This document shows, piece by piece, positions 48,490 through 62,800 of a DNA stretch of 64,000 bases; position 1 is the first letter of the stretch, and each line of letters begins with the position of its first letter. Origin of the DNA: Macrostomum lignano (taxonomy: Eukaryota). The stretch spans positions 44,335-108,334 of the forward strand of contig NIVC01001431.1 of assembly GCA_002269645.1 (NCBI GenBank), in the 5' to 3' direction. The notes beneath the pieces were generated by a model. It ran no database searches, was not told the DNA's origin, and saw nothing but the letters and a program-made list of their open reading frames with translations. The translations under genes and the position numbers were made by a program.

Positions 48490-51171
48490 GACCTGAAATG
48501 TTTTAATGCAAATTGTAATTCAAGAGTATGTATGTATGTATGTATGACTTCAATATTATACTATTAGACGTATTTATTCATACAGATTCATACATATCTG
48601 AACACACATTTGTCCAAAAATGACACTTTGGATTTGTATGATATAATGAATAAACACTGATGTAAATCATTGTTATAAATTACTTTTGTACCTACCAAAA
48701 CCAATACGTAGTAACTTTAAGCTTATTATGTATGCATTACTATTCTGATATATTTGTCTACTTTATAGCATATAAAAATGTGTGAGTGCAATGTATGTGA
48801 AAAAAGATTCAGTATTAATTATTATATTTTTATATATTTATATTTTATCTATTCTTTAATCCTTTCTCTTACCTTTCCTTTCTCTTATTGCCTATTCATT
48901 CTTCTTTCTACTCTTATCTGCCCCTCAGCCTTTATCTGGCTCTCTCTCATATACTCTCCCAGTTGTGCTCTTAAGGGACATAGTACTCTCATAGTTGTTT
49001 CATTCTATGGCCTACTTGTTGACTGCTTTGATTGCATCATCTTTCTAGCCAATTTTTCAGTCTTGAGAAAAACTACATGTATACATTTTTAGCTCCACAG
49101 TGCCACATATCTGATATTGTGGCTAACCTAGGGCTGATGCTTTAAAGTTTGTTTAATTAGTAACTAATCATATATATAAACCTTTGCCTAAGAAAATAAT
49201 ACAAGTCAATGAAATAGTCTTTTTAAAAATGAATGATTATTTAAAAGGACCCTAAACTAACAAGAATACAATCCACTTTGGTAACAGCCACTTCGGTAAA
49301 GCAGATTTATGACTTTTAGCACTTTTTCTTTATGTTAATTTTTTAGTAACTATTAATTAAATTAATCATTAACTTGTTTAGTACTTTATTGCTGATTACC
49401 ATTCAATTTTTTCTGATTAGGATATATTATACATGTAATTTGTTTCAACTTGAACAGATAGAATATATAACAGCGGAGACTTAGAGAGATCAATGAAAGT
49501 AATTAATGACAAATAAATTAAAGTAAATACTGAAATTTCACATTTCTAACTCAAAGTAATTCTAATTACACAATACTTTGGTAATTACAAGTTTTATAGG
49601 TTGTATCATAACATATCTTGAGTATCAAGCGCACCTGGAAATTTAAATAGATTGATCAAAACACATTAAAACAATTTTATCATTGTTGGCTAAATCATTG
49701 TCTAGGCCTAAAACATTATTTTTTGTCTCAAAAACTATTTGAAATTATTTTTTAGAGCACATTAAGATACATATTGTTATATCTCCTCCCTTGTTACCAA
49801 AATGGACTGTTACCACTAACAATACATTAAATACAAGTGCTAAAAATCCTAGGAGCTAAAGTGGCTAAAATAAAGGAGAAAGTCTCAAAAATCTTCCAAA
49901 TAAAGCCAGGAGATAAAGGAGATAAAGGAAGGTGTAGGCACCCTGCATTTATCCACTTATTCTATTGAATCAAATATACTAAATATCTATACTAGGCCTA
50001 TACTATTTTTGTATAGCATGTTCTCTAAGGGCTGCAGGGCAAAGCATTCAAAAAGGACAAAAAAGTGAAAAAAATTAATCATGAATATCATGGAAGAATA
50101 TAGATATAGCCTATAGACTATAGTGTATAGCCTTGCAAGGCTTGCAATTGCAATTTAGCCTTGCAATTTTAACCATAAGCTTATAGTTAAAATTGCCTTG
50201 GTTGACTTGCAATAGTTTTGGGCCACTTATTCATCTTGTTAATATTAGTGATAAGTCTTGGCCAGGGGGTGCATGACCAAGATGGCCACACACCAAGATG
50301 GCCACAGTTTATTAAAATGTCTAAATAGATAATATGATGCTCATTTCCTTATTATAATTGGTCACAATTGGTCTTAAGGTATGTCTGTGAGAGCTGTGTC
50401 TTATTTGCCCTATAACTATAAGCCAAGTTTTAACATGAAGATTAAATAAAGATCAAGATCCACTATTTGCAAACTCAATATTTTAAGTTAAAAAGGCAAT
50501 AAATATATGCTCGAACAATTTAAACCCACCTGCAACTTGGCTAGATACTAAATTTTCCAAAAGGGCTTTCCAGACATGAGTCCAAAAATTGAAGTAAGCA
50601 GAAGCAAGTAACTGTATAATTATCCACGAAACTAAAAATGAAGTGTCTGTATGTATGCAAGTATATCTAATAGTAAGTAAGTAAGCTTGGCTCAGGCAAG
50701 AAGCCTGTTTGGCCAGTATATGTCAGTGTATTTATTATTAATAATAATTCAATAGATAAACTAGATATGAGCGGCTAATTCGGCAATAATATAGTATTTG
50801 AAAGAGTGTTAATATTTTTTTCTACGAAACTTCAAACGATCTTTAACGATAAACCCGCCGCGGAAGCCATGCAAATTTCGCGACAGAATCCCCAAATCAG
50901 CATTTGAAGTTGCTTACTATCATTTTAAAGCTATCGCTGCTGTAGTAAGTACTTTAGTCACTTTTTGATGTATTAATTTCCATTGCCAATGAATGGGGCT
51001 CAAGAGTATACTAATAGTAGACTTGTTTTATAAACGATTAGAACATTTGTCCAAAAACGACACTTTTGATATTTTAATCCCAAATGGATAAAAATGAAAA
51101 TCATTGCTACGAAAACTATGATTAATGTGCATGAAAATACAAAATAGAATAAAAAAATACTATGAGATATC

Positions 51172-54100
51172 TCAAATCGGCGCTGGAAAGCTCAAATTGG
51201 CGCGGAAAGCTCAAATTGGCGCCGAAAGTCAAATTTGGCGCCAGGATCACCAAATCGGCGCCAGTATCGCCAAATCAGCGCCGGAATGCTGAAATCAGCG
51301 CTAAAAAGCCCGGACCAGCGATGGAAAGCTCAAATCGGCGCTGGAAAGCTCAAATTGGCGCGGAAAGCTCAAATTGGCGCCAAAAGTCAAATTTGGCGCC
51401 AGGATCACCAAATCGGCGCCAGTATCGCCAAATCAGCGCTGGAATGCTGAAATCAGCGCTAAAAAGCCCGGACCAGCGCTGGAAAGCTCAAATCGGCGCT
51501 GGAAAGCTCAAATTGGCGCGGGAAAGCTCAAATTGGCGCCGAAAGTCAAATTTGGCGCCAGGATCACCAAATTTGGCGCCAGTATCGCCAAATCAGCGCC
51601 GGAATGCTGAAAACAGCGCTAAAAAGCCCGGACCAGCGCTGGAAAGCTCAAATTGGCGCGGAAAGCTTAAATTGGCGCCGAAAGCCAAATTTGGCGCCAG
51701 GATCACCAAATCGGCGCCAGTATCGCCAAATCAGCGCCGGAATGCTGAAAACAGCGCTAAAAAGCCCGGACCAGCGCTGGAAAGCTCAAATTGGCGCGGA
51801 AAGCTTAAATTGGCGCCGAAAGCCAAATTTGGCGCCAGGATCACCAAATCGGCGCCAGTATCGCCAAATCAGCGCCGGAATGCTGAAAACAGCGCTAAAA
51901 AGCCCGGACCAGCGCTGGAAAGCTCAAATCGGCGCTGGAAAGCTCAAATTGGCGCGGAAAGCTCAAATTGGCGCCGAAAGTCAAATTTGGCGCCAGGATC
52001 ACCAAATCGGCGCCAGGATCCCAATCAGCGCTGGAATGCTGAAATCAGCGCTAAAAAGCCCGGACCAGCGCTGGAAAGCTCAAATCGGCGCTGGAAAGCT
52101 CAAATTGGCGCGAAAGCTCAAATTGGCGCTGAAAGTCAAATTTGGCGCCAGGATCACCAAATCGGCGCCAGTATCGCCAAATCAGCGCCGGAATGCTGAA
52201 AACAGCGCTAAAAAGCCCGGACCAGCGCTGGAAAGCTCAAATTGGCGCGGAAAGCTCAAATTGGCGCCGAAAGCCAAATTTGGCGCCAGGATCACCAAAT
52301 CGGCGCCAGTATCGCCAAATCAGCGCCGGAATGCTGAAAACAGCGCTAAAAAGCCCGGACCAGCGCTGGAAAGCTCAAATTGGCGCGGAAAGCTTAAATT
52401 GGCGCCGAAAGCCAAATTTGGCGCCAGGATCACCAAATCGGCGCCAGTATCGCCAAATCAGCGCCGGAATGCTGAAAACAGCGCTAAAAAGCCCGGACCA
52501 GCGCTGGAAAGCTCAAATCGGCGCTGGAAAGCTCAAATTGGCGCGGAAAGCTCAAATTGGCGCCGAAAGTCAAATTTGGCGCCAGGATCACCAAATCGGC
52601 GCCAGTATCGCCAAATCAGCGCCGGAATGCTGAAAACAGCGCTAAAAAGCCCGGACCAGCGCTGGAAAGCTCAAATCGGCGCTGGAAAGCTCAAATTGGC
52701 GCGGAAAGCTCAAATTGGCGCCGAAAGCAAATTTGGCGCCAGGATCACCAAATCGGCGCCAGTATCGCCAAATCAGCGCCGGAATGCTGAAAACAGCGCT
52801 AAAAAGCCCGGACCAGCGCTGGAAAGCTCAAATTGGCGCGGAAAGCTTAAATTGGCGCCGAAAGCCAAATTTGGCGCCAGGATCACCAAATCGGCGCCAG
52901 TATCGCCAAATCAGCGCCGGAATGCTGAAAACAGCGCTAAAAAGCCCGGACCAGCGCTGGAAAGCTCAAATTGGCGCGGAAAGCTTAAATTGGCGCCGAA
53001 AGCCAAATTTGGCGCCAGGATCACCAAATCGGCGCCAGTATCGCCAAATCAGCGCCGGAATGCTGAAAACAGCGCTAAAAAGCCCGGACCAGCGCTGGAA
53101 AGCTCAAATCGGCGCTGGAAAGCTCAAATTGGCGCGGAAAGCTTAAATTGGCGCCGAAAGCCAAATTTGGCGCCAGGATCACCAAATCGGCGCCAGTATC
53201 GCCAAATCAGCGCCGGAATGCTGAAAACAGCGCTAAAAAGCCCGGACCAGCGCTGGAAAGCTCAAATCGGCGCTGGAAAGCTCAAATTGGCGCGGAAAGC
53301 TCAAATTGGCGCCGAAAGTCAAATTTGGCGCCAGGATCACCAAATCGGCGCCAGTATCGCCAAATCAGCGCCGGAATGCTGAAATCAGCGCTAAAAAGCC
53401 CGGACCAGCGCTGGAAAGCTCAAATCGGCGCTGGAAAGCTCAAATTGGCGCGGAAAGCTCAAATTGGCGCCGAAAGTCAAATTTGGCGCCAGGATCACCA
53501 AATCGGCGCCAGTATCGCCAAATCAGCGCCGGAATGCTGAAAACAGCGCTAAAAAGCCCGGACCAGCGCTGGAAAGCTCAAATTGGCGCGGAAAGCTTAA
53601 ATTGGCGCCGAAAGCCAAATTTGGCGCCAGGATCACCAAATCGGCGCCAGTATCGCCAAATCAGCGCCGGAATGCTGAAAACAGCGCTAAAAAGCCCGGA
53701 CCAGCGCTGGAAAGCTCAAATTGGCGCGGAAAGCTTAAATTGGCGCCGAAAGCCAAATTTGGCGCCAGGATCACCAAATCGGCGCCAGTATCGCCAAATC
53801 AGCGCCGGAATGCTGAAAACAGCGCTAAAAAGCCCGGACCAGCGCTGGAAAGCTCAAATCGGCGCTGGAAAGCTCAAATTGGCGCGGAAAGCTCAAATTG
53901 GCGCCGAAAGTCAAATTTGGCGCCAGGATCACCAAATCGGCGCCAGTATCGCCAAATCAGCGCCGGAATGCTGAAAACAGCGCTAAAAAGCCCGGACCAG
54001 CGCTGGAAAGCTCAAATCGGCGCGGAAAGCTCAAATTGGCGCCGAAAGTCAAATTTGGCGCCAGGATCACCAAATCGGCGCCAGTATCGCCAAATCAGCG

Positions 54101-57100
54101 CCGGAATGCTGAAAACAGCGCTAAAAAGCCCGGACCAGCGCTGGAAAGCTCAAATCGGCGCTGGAAAGCTCAAATTGGCGCGGAAAGCTCAAATTGGCGC
54201 CGAAAGTCAAATTTGGCGCCAGGATCACCAAATCGGCGCCAGTATCGCCAAATCAGCGCCGGAATGCTGAAAACAGCGCTAAAAAGCCCGGACCAGCGCT
54301 GGAAAGCTCAAATCGGCGCTGGAAAGCTCAAATTGGCGCGGAAAGCTCAAATTGGCGCCGAAAGTCAAATTTGGCGCCAGGATCACCAAATCGGCGCCAG
54401 TATCGCCAAATCAGCGCCGGAATGCTGAAAACAGCGCTAAAAAGCCCGGACCAGCGCTGGAAAGCTCAAATTGGCGCGGAAAGCTTAAATTGGCGCCGAA
54501 AGCCAAATTTGGCGCCAGGATCACCAAATCGGCGCCAGTATCGCCAAATCAGCGCCGGAATGCTGAAAACAGCGCTAAAAAGCCCGGACCAGCGCTGGAA
54601 AGCTCAAATTGGCGCGGAAAGCTTAAAGCTCAAATTGGCGCCGAAAGCAAATTTGGCGCCAGGATCACCAAATCGGCGCCAGTATCGCCAAATCAGCGCC
54701 GGAATGCTGAAAACAGCGCTAAAAAGCCCGGACCAGCGCTGGAAAGCTCAAATCGGCGCTGGAAAGCTCAAATTGGCGCGGAAAGCTCAAATTGGCGCCA
54801 AAGTCAAATTTGGCGCCAGGATCACCAAATCGGCGCCAGTATCGCCAAATCAGCGCTGGAATGCTGAAATCAGCGCTAAAAAGCCCGGACCAGCGCTGGA
54901 AAGCTCAAATCGGCGCTGGAAAGCTCAAATTGGCGCGGAAAGCTCAAATTGGCGCCGAAAGTCAAATTTGGCGCCAGGATCACCAAATCAGCGCCGGAAT
55001 GCTGAAAACAGCGCTAAAAAGCCCGGACCAGCGCTGGAAAGCTCAAATCGGCGCTGGAAAGCTCAAATTGGCGCGGAAAGCTCAAATTGGCGCCGAAAGT
55101 CAAATTTGGCGCCAGGATCACCAAATCGGCGCCAGGATCCCAATCAGCGCTGGAATGCTGAAATCAGCGCTAAAAAGCCCGGACCAGCGCTGGAAAGCTC
55201 AAATCGGCGCTGGAAAGCTCAAATTGGCGCGGAAAGCTCAAATTGGCGCCGAAAGTCAAATTTGGCGCCAGGATCACCAAATCGGCGCCAGTATCGCCAA
55301 ATCAGCGCCGGAATGCTGAAATCAGCGCTAAAAAGCCCGGACCAGCGCTGGAAAGCTCAAATCGGCGCTGGAAAGCTCAAATTGGCGCGGAAAGCTCAAA
55401 TTGGCGCCGAAAGTCAAATTTGGCGCCAGGATCACCAAATCGGCGCCAGTATCGCCAAATCAGCGCCGGAATGCTGAAAACAGCGCTAAAAAGCCCGGAC
55501 CAGCGCTGGAAAGCTCAAATCGGCGCTGGAAAGCTCAAATTGGCGCGGAAAGCTCAAATTGGCGCCAAAGTCAAATTTGGCGCCAGGATCACCAAATCGG
55601 CGCCAGTATCGCCAAATCAGCGCCGGAATGCTGAAAACAGCGCTAAAAAGCCCGGACCAGCGCTGGAAAGCTCAAATCGGCGCTGGAAAGCTCAAATTGG
55701 CGCGGAAAGCTCAAATTGGCGCCGAAAGCAAATTTGGCGCCAGGATCACCAAATCGGCGCCAGTATCGCCAAATCAGCGCCGGAATGCTGAAAACAGCGC
55801 TAAAAAGCCCGGACCAGCGCTGGAAAGCTCAAATCGGCGCTGGAAAGCTCAAATTGGCGCGGAAAGCTCAAATTGGCGCCGAAAGTCAAATTTGGCGCCA
55901 GGATCACCAAATCGGCGCCAGTATCGCCAAATCAGCGCCGGAATGCTGAAAACAGCGCTAAAAAGCCCGGACCAGCGCTGGAAAGCTCAAATCGGCGCTG
56001 GAAAGCTCAAATTGGCGCGGAAAGCTCAAATTGGCGCCGAAAGTCAAATTTGGCGCCAGGATCACCAAATCAGCGCCGGAATGCTGAAAACAGCGCTAAA
56101 AAGCCCGGACCAGCGCTGGAAAGCTCAAATCGGCGCTGGAAAGCTCAAATTGGCGCGGAAAGCTCAAATTGGCGCCGAAAGTCAAATTTGGCGCCAGGAT
56201 CACCAAATCGGCGCCAGTATCCAATCAGCGCTGGAATGCTGAAATCAGCGCTAAAAAGCCCGGACCAGCGCTGGAAAGCTCAAATCGGCGCTGGAAAGCT
56301 CAAATTGGCGCGGAAAGCTCAAATTGGCGCCGAAAGTCAAATTTGGCGCCAGGATCACCAAATCGGCGCCAGTATCGCCAAATCAGCGCCGGAATGCTGA
56401 AATCAGCGCTAAAAAGCCCGGACCAGCGCTGGAAAGCTCAAATCGGCGCTGGAAAGCTCAAATTGGCGCGGAAAGCTCAAATTGGCGCCGAAAGTCAAAT
56501 TTGGCGCCAGGATCACCAAATCGGCGCCAGTATCGCCAAATCAGCGCCGGAATGCTGAAAACAGCGCTAAAAAGCCCGGACCAGCGCTGGAAAGCTCAAA
56601 TCGGCGCTGGAAAGCTCAAATTGGCGCGGAAAGCTCAAATTGGCGCCGAAAGTCAAATTTGGCGCCAGGATCACCAAATCGCCAGTATCGCCAAATCAGC
56701 GCCGGAATGCTGAAAACAGCGCTAAAAAGCCCGGACCAGCGCTGGAAAGCTCAAATCGGCGCTGGAAAGCTCAAATTGGCGCGGAAAGCTCAAATTGGCG
56801 CGGAAAGTCAAATTTGGCGCCAGGATCACCAAATCGGCGCCAGGATCCCTTAATCAGCGCTGGAATGCTGAAATCAGCGCTAAAAAGCCCGGACCAGCGC
56901 TGGAAAGCTCAAATCGGCGCTGGAAAGCTCAAATTGGCGCGGGAAAGCTCAAATTGGCGCCGAAAGTCAAATTTGGCGCCAGGATCACCAAATCGGCGCC
57001 AGTATCGCCAAATCAGCGCCGGAATGCTGAAAACAGCGCCAAAAAGCCCGGACCAGCGCTGGAAAGCTCAAATCGGCGCTGGAAAGCTCAAATTGGCGCG

Positions 57101-57640
57101 GGAAAGCTCAAATTGGCGCCGAAAGTCAAATTTGGCGCCAGTATCGCCAAATCAGCGCCGGAATGCTGAAAACAGCGCTAAAAAGCCCGGACCAGCGCTG
57201 GAAAGCTCAAATCGGCGCTGGAAAGCTCAAATTGGCGCGGAAAGCTCAAATTGGCGCCGAAAGTCAAATTTGGCGCCAGGATCACCAAATCGGCGCCAGG
57301 ATCCCTTAATCAGCGCTGGAATGCTGAAATCAGCGCTAAAAAGCCCGGACCAGCGCTGGAAAGCTCAAATCGGCGCTGGAAAGCTCAAATTGGCGCGGAA
57401 AGCTCAAATTGGCGCCGAAAGTCAAATTTGGCGCTAGGATCACCAAATCGGCGCCAGTATCGCAAAATCAGCGCCGGAATGCTGAAAACAGCGCTAAAAA
57501 GCCCGGACCAGCGCTGGAAAGCTCAAATCGGCGCTGGAAAGCTCAAATTGGCGCGGAAAGCTCAAATTGGCGCCGAAAGTCAAATTTGGCGCCAGGATCA
57601 CCAAATCGGCGCCAGGATCCCTTAATCAGCGCTGGAATGT
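51172..57640. repeat. GCGC-rich 158/138-bp higher-order satellite, right arm (inverted, about 1.3 kb longer than left)
   Basis: Reverse-complement unit. Array ends mirror the left array, the interior order differs. Confidence 0.97.
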
Positions 57641-58504
57641 GCCAACGGGCGTAGAAGTGGCAGCATATATCAGCTTGCTACTTTTGGGCGCCAATTTTAA
57701 TTTACCGGCGCCAATTTTAGCCTTTCGGCGCCCATTTTAGCGCCCTGGCAAGGTCATTGCATTTAGTTCTCACGCAATGGAGCCGAAAAAAGAGTTTTTT
57801 TTCTTTTTTGAATTAGTGCCATGTATCTTGACAACCAATGCGAGTCAAGTTCTGGCGTCTGCTTCTCCACAGCCCCGTAATGGCATATCCTAATAATTGT
57901 GGGCTGGCCCGCGCTAAGGGAGCCCACCCCACCGTGGGGCGGACCCCGCTAACGGGCTATTTTTAGCGTGGGATGGGCTCCGCTAACGGGCGGCCATAAA
58001 CTGCCCCGGCCCTGACTCTGGGGGCGTGTCTCGAATATCCTGGGCTGGATATTTTACTTTGCACCTACATTATATGCTTAATTTTGCATACATATGTTGT
58101 ATTATACTTAACTTCCAGTGTGTGTATTTTATCCTATGACCGATATATACTTTGTGCCTGCGGGTTAATATGCAAAATGTATCGTTTAAAATGCGCCTAC
58201 ATTATATGCTATGTAATTTTCCTGTATTATACTCAATTTGCACCTACATTGTGTGTATGTATGCACCTGCATTATACTGTGTGTATTTCCACCTATGTAG
58301 CGCCTACAGTACCTGCTTTGTCTATTTCTGCCCATGCACCTACATTGTGTGTTTTTGCTGCTCATATGCTCCAATATGTATTATGCGTCATTATTCACAC
58401 CTACCAATATGTTTTATCTACTTTTTATGTAAATATACGCAATTTCATCTACTATAAGTAGTTTTCACTAGCCTAATATCGCTGACTAGATATCTTACAT
58501 ATCG

Positions 58505-58790
58505 GGAGAGTGGTAGAGTGTACATATCGCGAGAGTGTACACTCGGGGTGCCTGCGGCTCGGTAGAGTGTACACTCGGGGTGCCTGCGGCTCGGTAGAGT
58601 GTACACTCGGGGTGCTTGCGGCATGGGGCGCCTGCAGCATGGGGGCCTGCGACATACATATCGGAAGGGTGCGCATACATATCGGGAGGGTACCCCTGCG
58701 GGATGGGCGCCTGCTGCTCTGAAGGGTCGCCTGCGGCTCGGGAGGGTGCACATATCGGGAGGGTGCGCCTGCGGCGCTTGGCGCCACGCG
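58505..58790. repeat. Degenerate GC-rich minisatellite (GTAGAGTGTACACTCGGGGTGCCTGCGGCTCG and CATATCGGGAGGG variants)
   Basis: Tandem and near-tandem copies. Confidence 0.75.
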
Positions 58791-59564
58791 CCTGCGGCGT
58801 GCGCGCGCCGAGCGCCGATATCGATACGCGTATCGATCACCTAGTGATCGGGGCGCCAGCCAATGAGAGGCGAGGAGGGTTGACACCCACCCGCCTCCAA
58901 AACGCCCGGATAAATGCGTCCTTAGTAGTCCTGTCAAACCTTGTAAGCCTTGACATGTCAGCAATGGCCCCCATAAACCTTGAAATCTAAAAAATCCCCT
59001 GTTAACCTTGAAGCCCGATAAAATATAACCCTCAACCCACACCTGACCTAAACCTTACTTTAACCCAACCTAAAGCCTTGAAATCTCAGCAATTCTTCTC
59101 CCCTAAGCCTTGACATTTTAGTGATTCTTTCTTTAAGATTCACAGCACTATAACGATTTCCACCAAGCTTTGACATCGTAGCAATTCCCAAATGAATCTT
59201 TTAACTTCGACATGACTTTTCTTTTATGTATACATAGTGCTACTTTTATTTTTTACATGACTTTTCTTCTATCAGCGCCCCCCCGTGACGAGCCAACAAA
59301 GAATGCAATAAAAAATGGAGTAAAGTACATGAACTTTGAAGTAGCTTCTGACTTTTGCTTTGACATCTCAGAAACCCCCCCCGTAATCTCAGTTATTCTC
59401 TGAGAGCCTTTACGTCTCAGTTTTTCTCCCCAGCACAGCATTATAGTTGCATTTAATTTTTACATGAACCCTTCATGTCTGACATGACGTTTCTTTTATT
59501 CTACCGTGACGCTTCTTAATTTTTTAAATGACACTTTCATTAGTTTTAAATGAGGCTTCTATGA

Positions 59565-59808
59565 TTTTTTCTTGACGCTTCTATGATTTTTACATGATGC
59601 TTCTATGATTGTTTACATGACGCTTCTATGATTTTTATATGACGCTTCTACGATTTTTTACATGACGCTTCTATGATTGTTTACATGACGCTTCTATGAT
59701 TGTTTACATGACGCTTCTATGATTTTTTAAATGATGCTTCTATGATTTTGTAAATGACGCTTCTATGATTTTTTAAATGATGCTTCTATGATTTTGTAAA
59801 TGACGCTT
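59565..59808. repeat. ~22-23-bp minisatellite (ATGACGCTTCTATGATTTTTTAC)
   Basis: About 11 tandem copies abutting the last Helitron exon. Confidence 0.9.
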
Positions 59809-59810
59809 TA

Positions 59811-62800
59811 CGCTGGGACACAGCACTCCGTCCACAGTGTGCAGCGCCTCGAAGCTGGTTGGCCCTCTAACCTGCAGGAGGAGCATTCGCATATAAAACA
59901 GATCCCCTGCTCTCGGACTCACCGTGTACATTCGGGCAATGTTCGTGTTGTGCACAACACCAGGGTGGCCCTCAACTCTCGAACCCTTCTTGGCGCGGCG
60001 CCACTCCCTCTCGCTGTGGTGCCACACGAAGTAGGACGGCACCTCGGTGTACACCAGGCCTCTAGCGAATTCATCAGTGCGGCACAGCTTGAAGAAAGCC
60101 GTCAGCGTCGAATCTCTGGGCGCCCTGGCCTTTGTGCTCGCATTTTGCTCGTTGAAATACACGAGCTGCTCGTTAGACTTGTGCACGCACAATCGGATCA
60201 CAGCCGGAAATCTGTTGTGCACCTGTTGTGTTTTAGTTTAAAAACCATATCATTATTTTCCCATTCTTTGCTCCTAGCACTGCCTTGCAAACATCTATGA
60301 CTTACTTCAAAGCCCAAGATGGTATTCACGGCTTCCATTGGGCCTATGTAGCGCGCCAGCAGATACTCCTTGATCTCATTTCGCCCCTCCTTCTTGGCTT
60401 GAGTCGGAGCCTTGCTAGCTGAACCTTCCTGTCGTTCGCCATCCGCAGCCTGCTCTCCTGGCCCGCTCGGCTTCTTGTTTGCCTCGAACTTGAACGACGC
60501 CATGTCGCCGCCTTTTAGCAAGTACTTGATCACGTACTTGACCGACTTGACGGTGGCACAAACTTCAAAGTTCATGTGGCATTCGAAAAGGAGCAGCAGG
60601 CCCGGGTTGTATGGTACAACCGACCTGTATTTGTGCCAGGAAAAGAATTGCTAATTAATGATTTATGTATTCTAGCAATGGTAAATTAAACTTACAGTAA
60701 ATAAACAATTTAGCAATATAAATAAACTAAACACAAGGCTAAACTAAGTACTTTGCTTTCGTATTAAAGAATCAACCTTTCAATCAAGTCTGAAAAAACA
60801 CCAACACCTCCTCACTCACCTGTTGTCCATGCGAATGCTGCGGCCTTTGAATAGTTTGTCCACCGTAAATCCGCCCATCTCAGGGGACAGCCTGCGATAC
60901 AATGGGTAGCCAGTATCGCTGGTTAGGGTCGCCTGCTGGAACTCCTTCGGGAAGCCCTTGCTGCACTGGCCGTCCACCATGCACGGGCAGGCTGGATTTA
61001 CCACGCCGCAGGGGCCATGGATCATGTGAGTCTTCACCAGCTCGTGCAGCCTCGGCTGCTGCTGTGGGTCCGGGATCTCAGCGGACACGATTTTGTCGTA
61101 GCGGTCCGGAGTCACTCTCTGTCCACTGACCAGCCAGAGCAGAAAGTGCACATGGGGGAGACCTGTGGAAGACATAAACAAGTGATTCAAAGCGACGTAT
61201 GAGTGATCACAATTTAGTCATGTAAATTAATTAAAATTCTAAACCAGCGTTTGCATCGTAGAGAAAGCGGAGTTTGAATCATGGAGAAACTGGAGTTTGA
61301 ATCATGGCTAAACCAGAGCTTAATTCCGGTTTGCAATGACCCTTGCATAAAAATATGGATTGCTAAACCTGGAATGCAATTACAGAATGAAAATTGAAAG
61401 CGCAATTTGCTAACTTACCGCGCTTCTGATATTCCAGAGAGCAAACATGCGCGGCCTCCTTTCCAAAGCGCTTCCTCAGCTCGGCAAGCAGAGCCTTCTT
61501 CTTCAGCTCGAAAACACGCGTGACAATATCCGGCCGGTCCTCAGGTCGCTGTCCAGGCAGCAGCTGTGCACTGATTTCCGGCCACTTAGGGTTGCACGTC
61601 GCCGTGACAAACAGGTCCGGCTTGCCAAACTTTTGTACATAGGTCATGGCGTCTTGCAGCCTCTCCATCAGGTACCTTGGCCCGCCAACGAAGCTGGAGG
61701 ACAGGAACACGTGCGCAGGCTTGCCAATATCAGTCGGATTTGTGTCGGTCGACCTGCCATCAGCAGCGAATAGAGCGTCTCGCAGACCGCTGTACGTCTC
61801 ACTGCGCAGATCGCTCTGATGGGTCCGCAGAAGAGCAGCCTCTCTGACTCAATCTTGGCGCACATTCCACCAGGTACTGCTGGAACAGCCGCCGTCCGTG
61901 GTGCAGCAGCTGCTATGGCCCGCTCGCACCATGATTTCGCTGGCATAGTACTTCATCGGCGTCAGCTTGCGGCCATTGCTCATGCGCAGCTCCGGGTGCA
62001 GCCGTCCTTCGCCATGGGGGAACAGCAACACGTACTCCAGTGCATCATACGATCGTGCGTTTTGCTAATCCTCTTGTAGCCGCCACCCCGCAGTTGAATG
62101 ACAACATCTCGGCTAGTTGCTGGCTCATCACCGTCTTCAGGCCTCAGTGTCCTCAGTGTCCTTAACAATGAGATGCCGACCTCGTTGCCGTGGGCAAAAT
62201 TGTAGCGCCTGATTTTGAACGGTAGTAACAAATGCTTTTAACAAAACTCTTTACAACGAAATTCCTGTGTACACAGGCACAAAGCTTTAAAAGACAGGTT
62301 TTAAAATGTGTTCGAATCCCTTTTCAGTTATTGTTAGCTCACCGAATGTGTTCCCCAGAAGGTCTTCGTCCGGGTGAATCACGATTCGCGCATCCACAAG
62401 CTCCGATCCTCCATGATCCGCTGTGCTGCAGCCTTCAGGCTCCGAACGTAAAGGTCGCGCATCCACAAGCTCCGGATCCTCCATGATCCGCTGTGCTGCA
62501 GCCTTCAGGCTCGAACGTAAAGGTTGCACTCGTGAAGCAACGTCTGTAGCAGCTCATTAGCTCACCCTATCGCTCAGACTCTGCTGGCTTTCGAGTTCGC
62601 GTCAGTGAAGTACACCTGCCAGCCGCGAGGAACAGCAGACGCTTCAGCAAACAGCGGCATAGCAGTGTGGTGCAGCTGACCGCTGATGATGTAGCTGGAT
62701 TCCAGCCTGGCACCAACCGCGCTGGCAGCGAGGTCAGGTGCAGCACAGAGTTGTAGCTCCGGATGTTGGTCAGGAACTCTGAGCTCATGCCATGCCGGCC

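Larger units (their letters stand above)
16210..58004. mobile_element. ~42-kb inverted-repeat (foldback) structure carrying a KDZ transposon gene set
   Basis: 16210 onward (GCAGTTTATGGCCGCCC) is the reverse complement of the sequence ending at 58004. Mirror coordinate sums: 74214 (outer ends), 72937 (KDZ region), 71104 (inner region). Flanks outside are unrelated and no TSD is seen. Spans an N gap. Confidence 0.8.

Noticed and set aside
16200-58014. Target-site duplication around the giant inverted repeat
   Set aside because: Left flank CTCTGTTT and right flank CCCGGCCC share nothing at any length from 2 to 10 bp.
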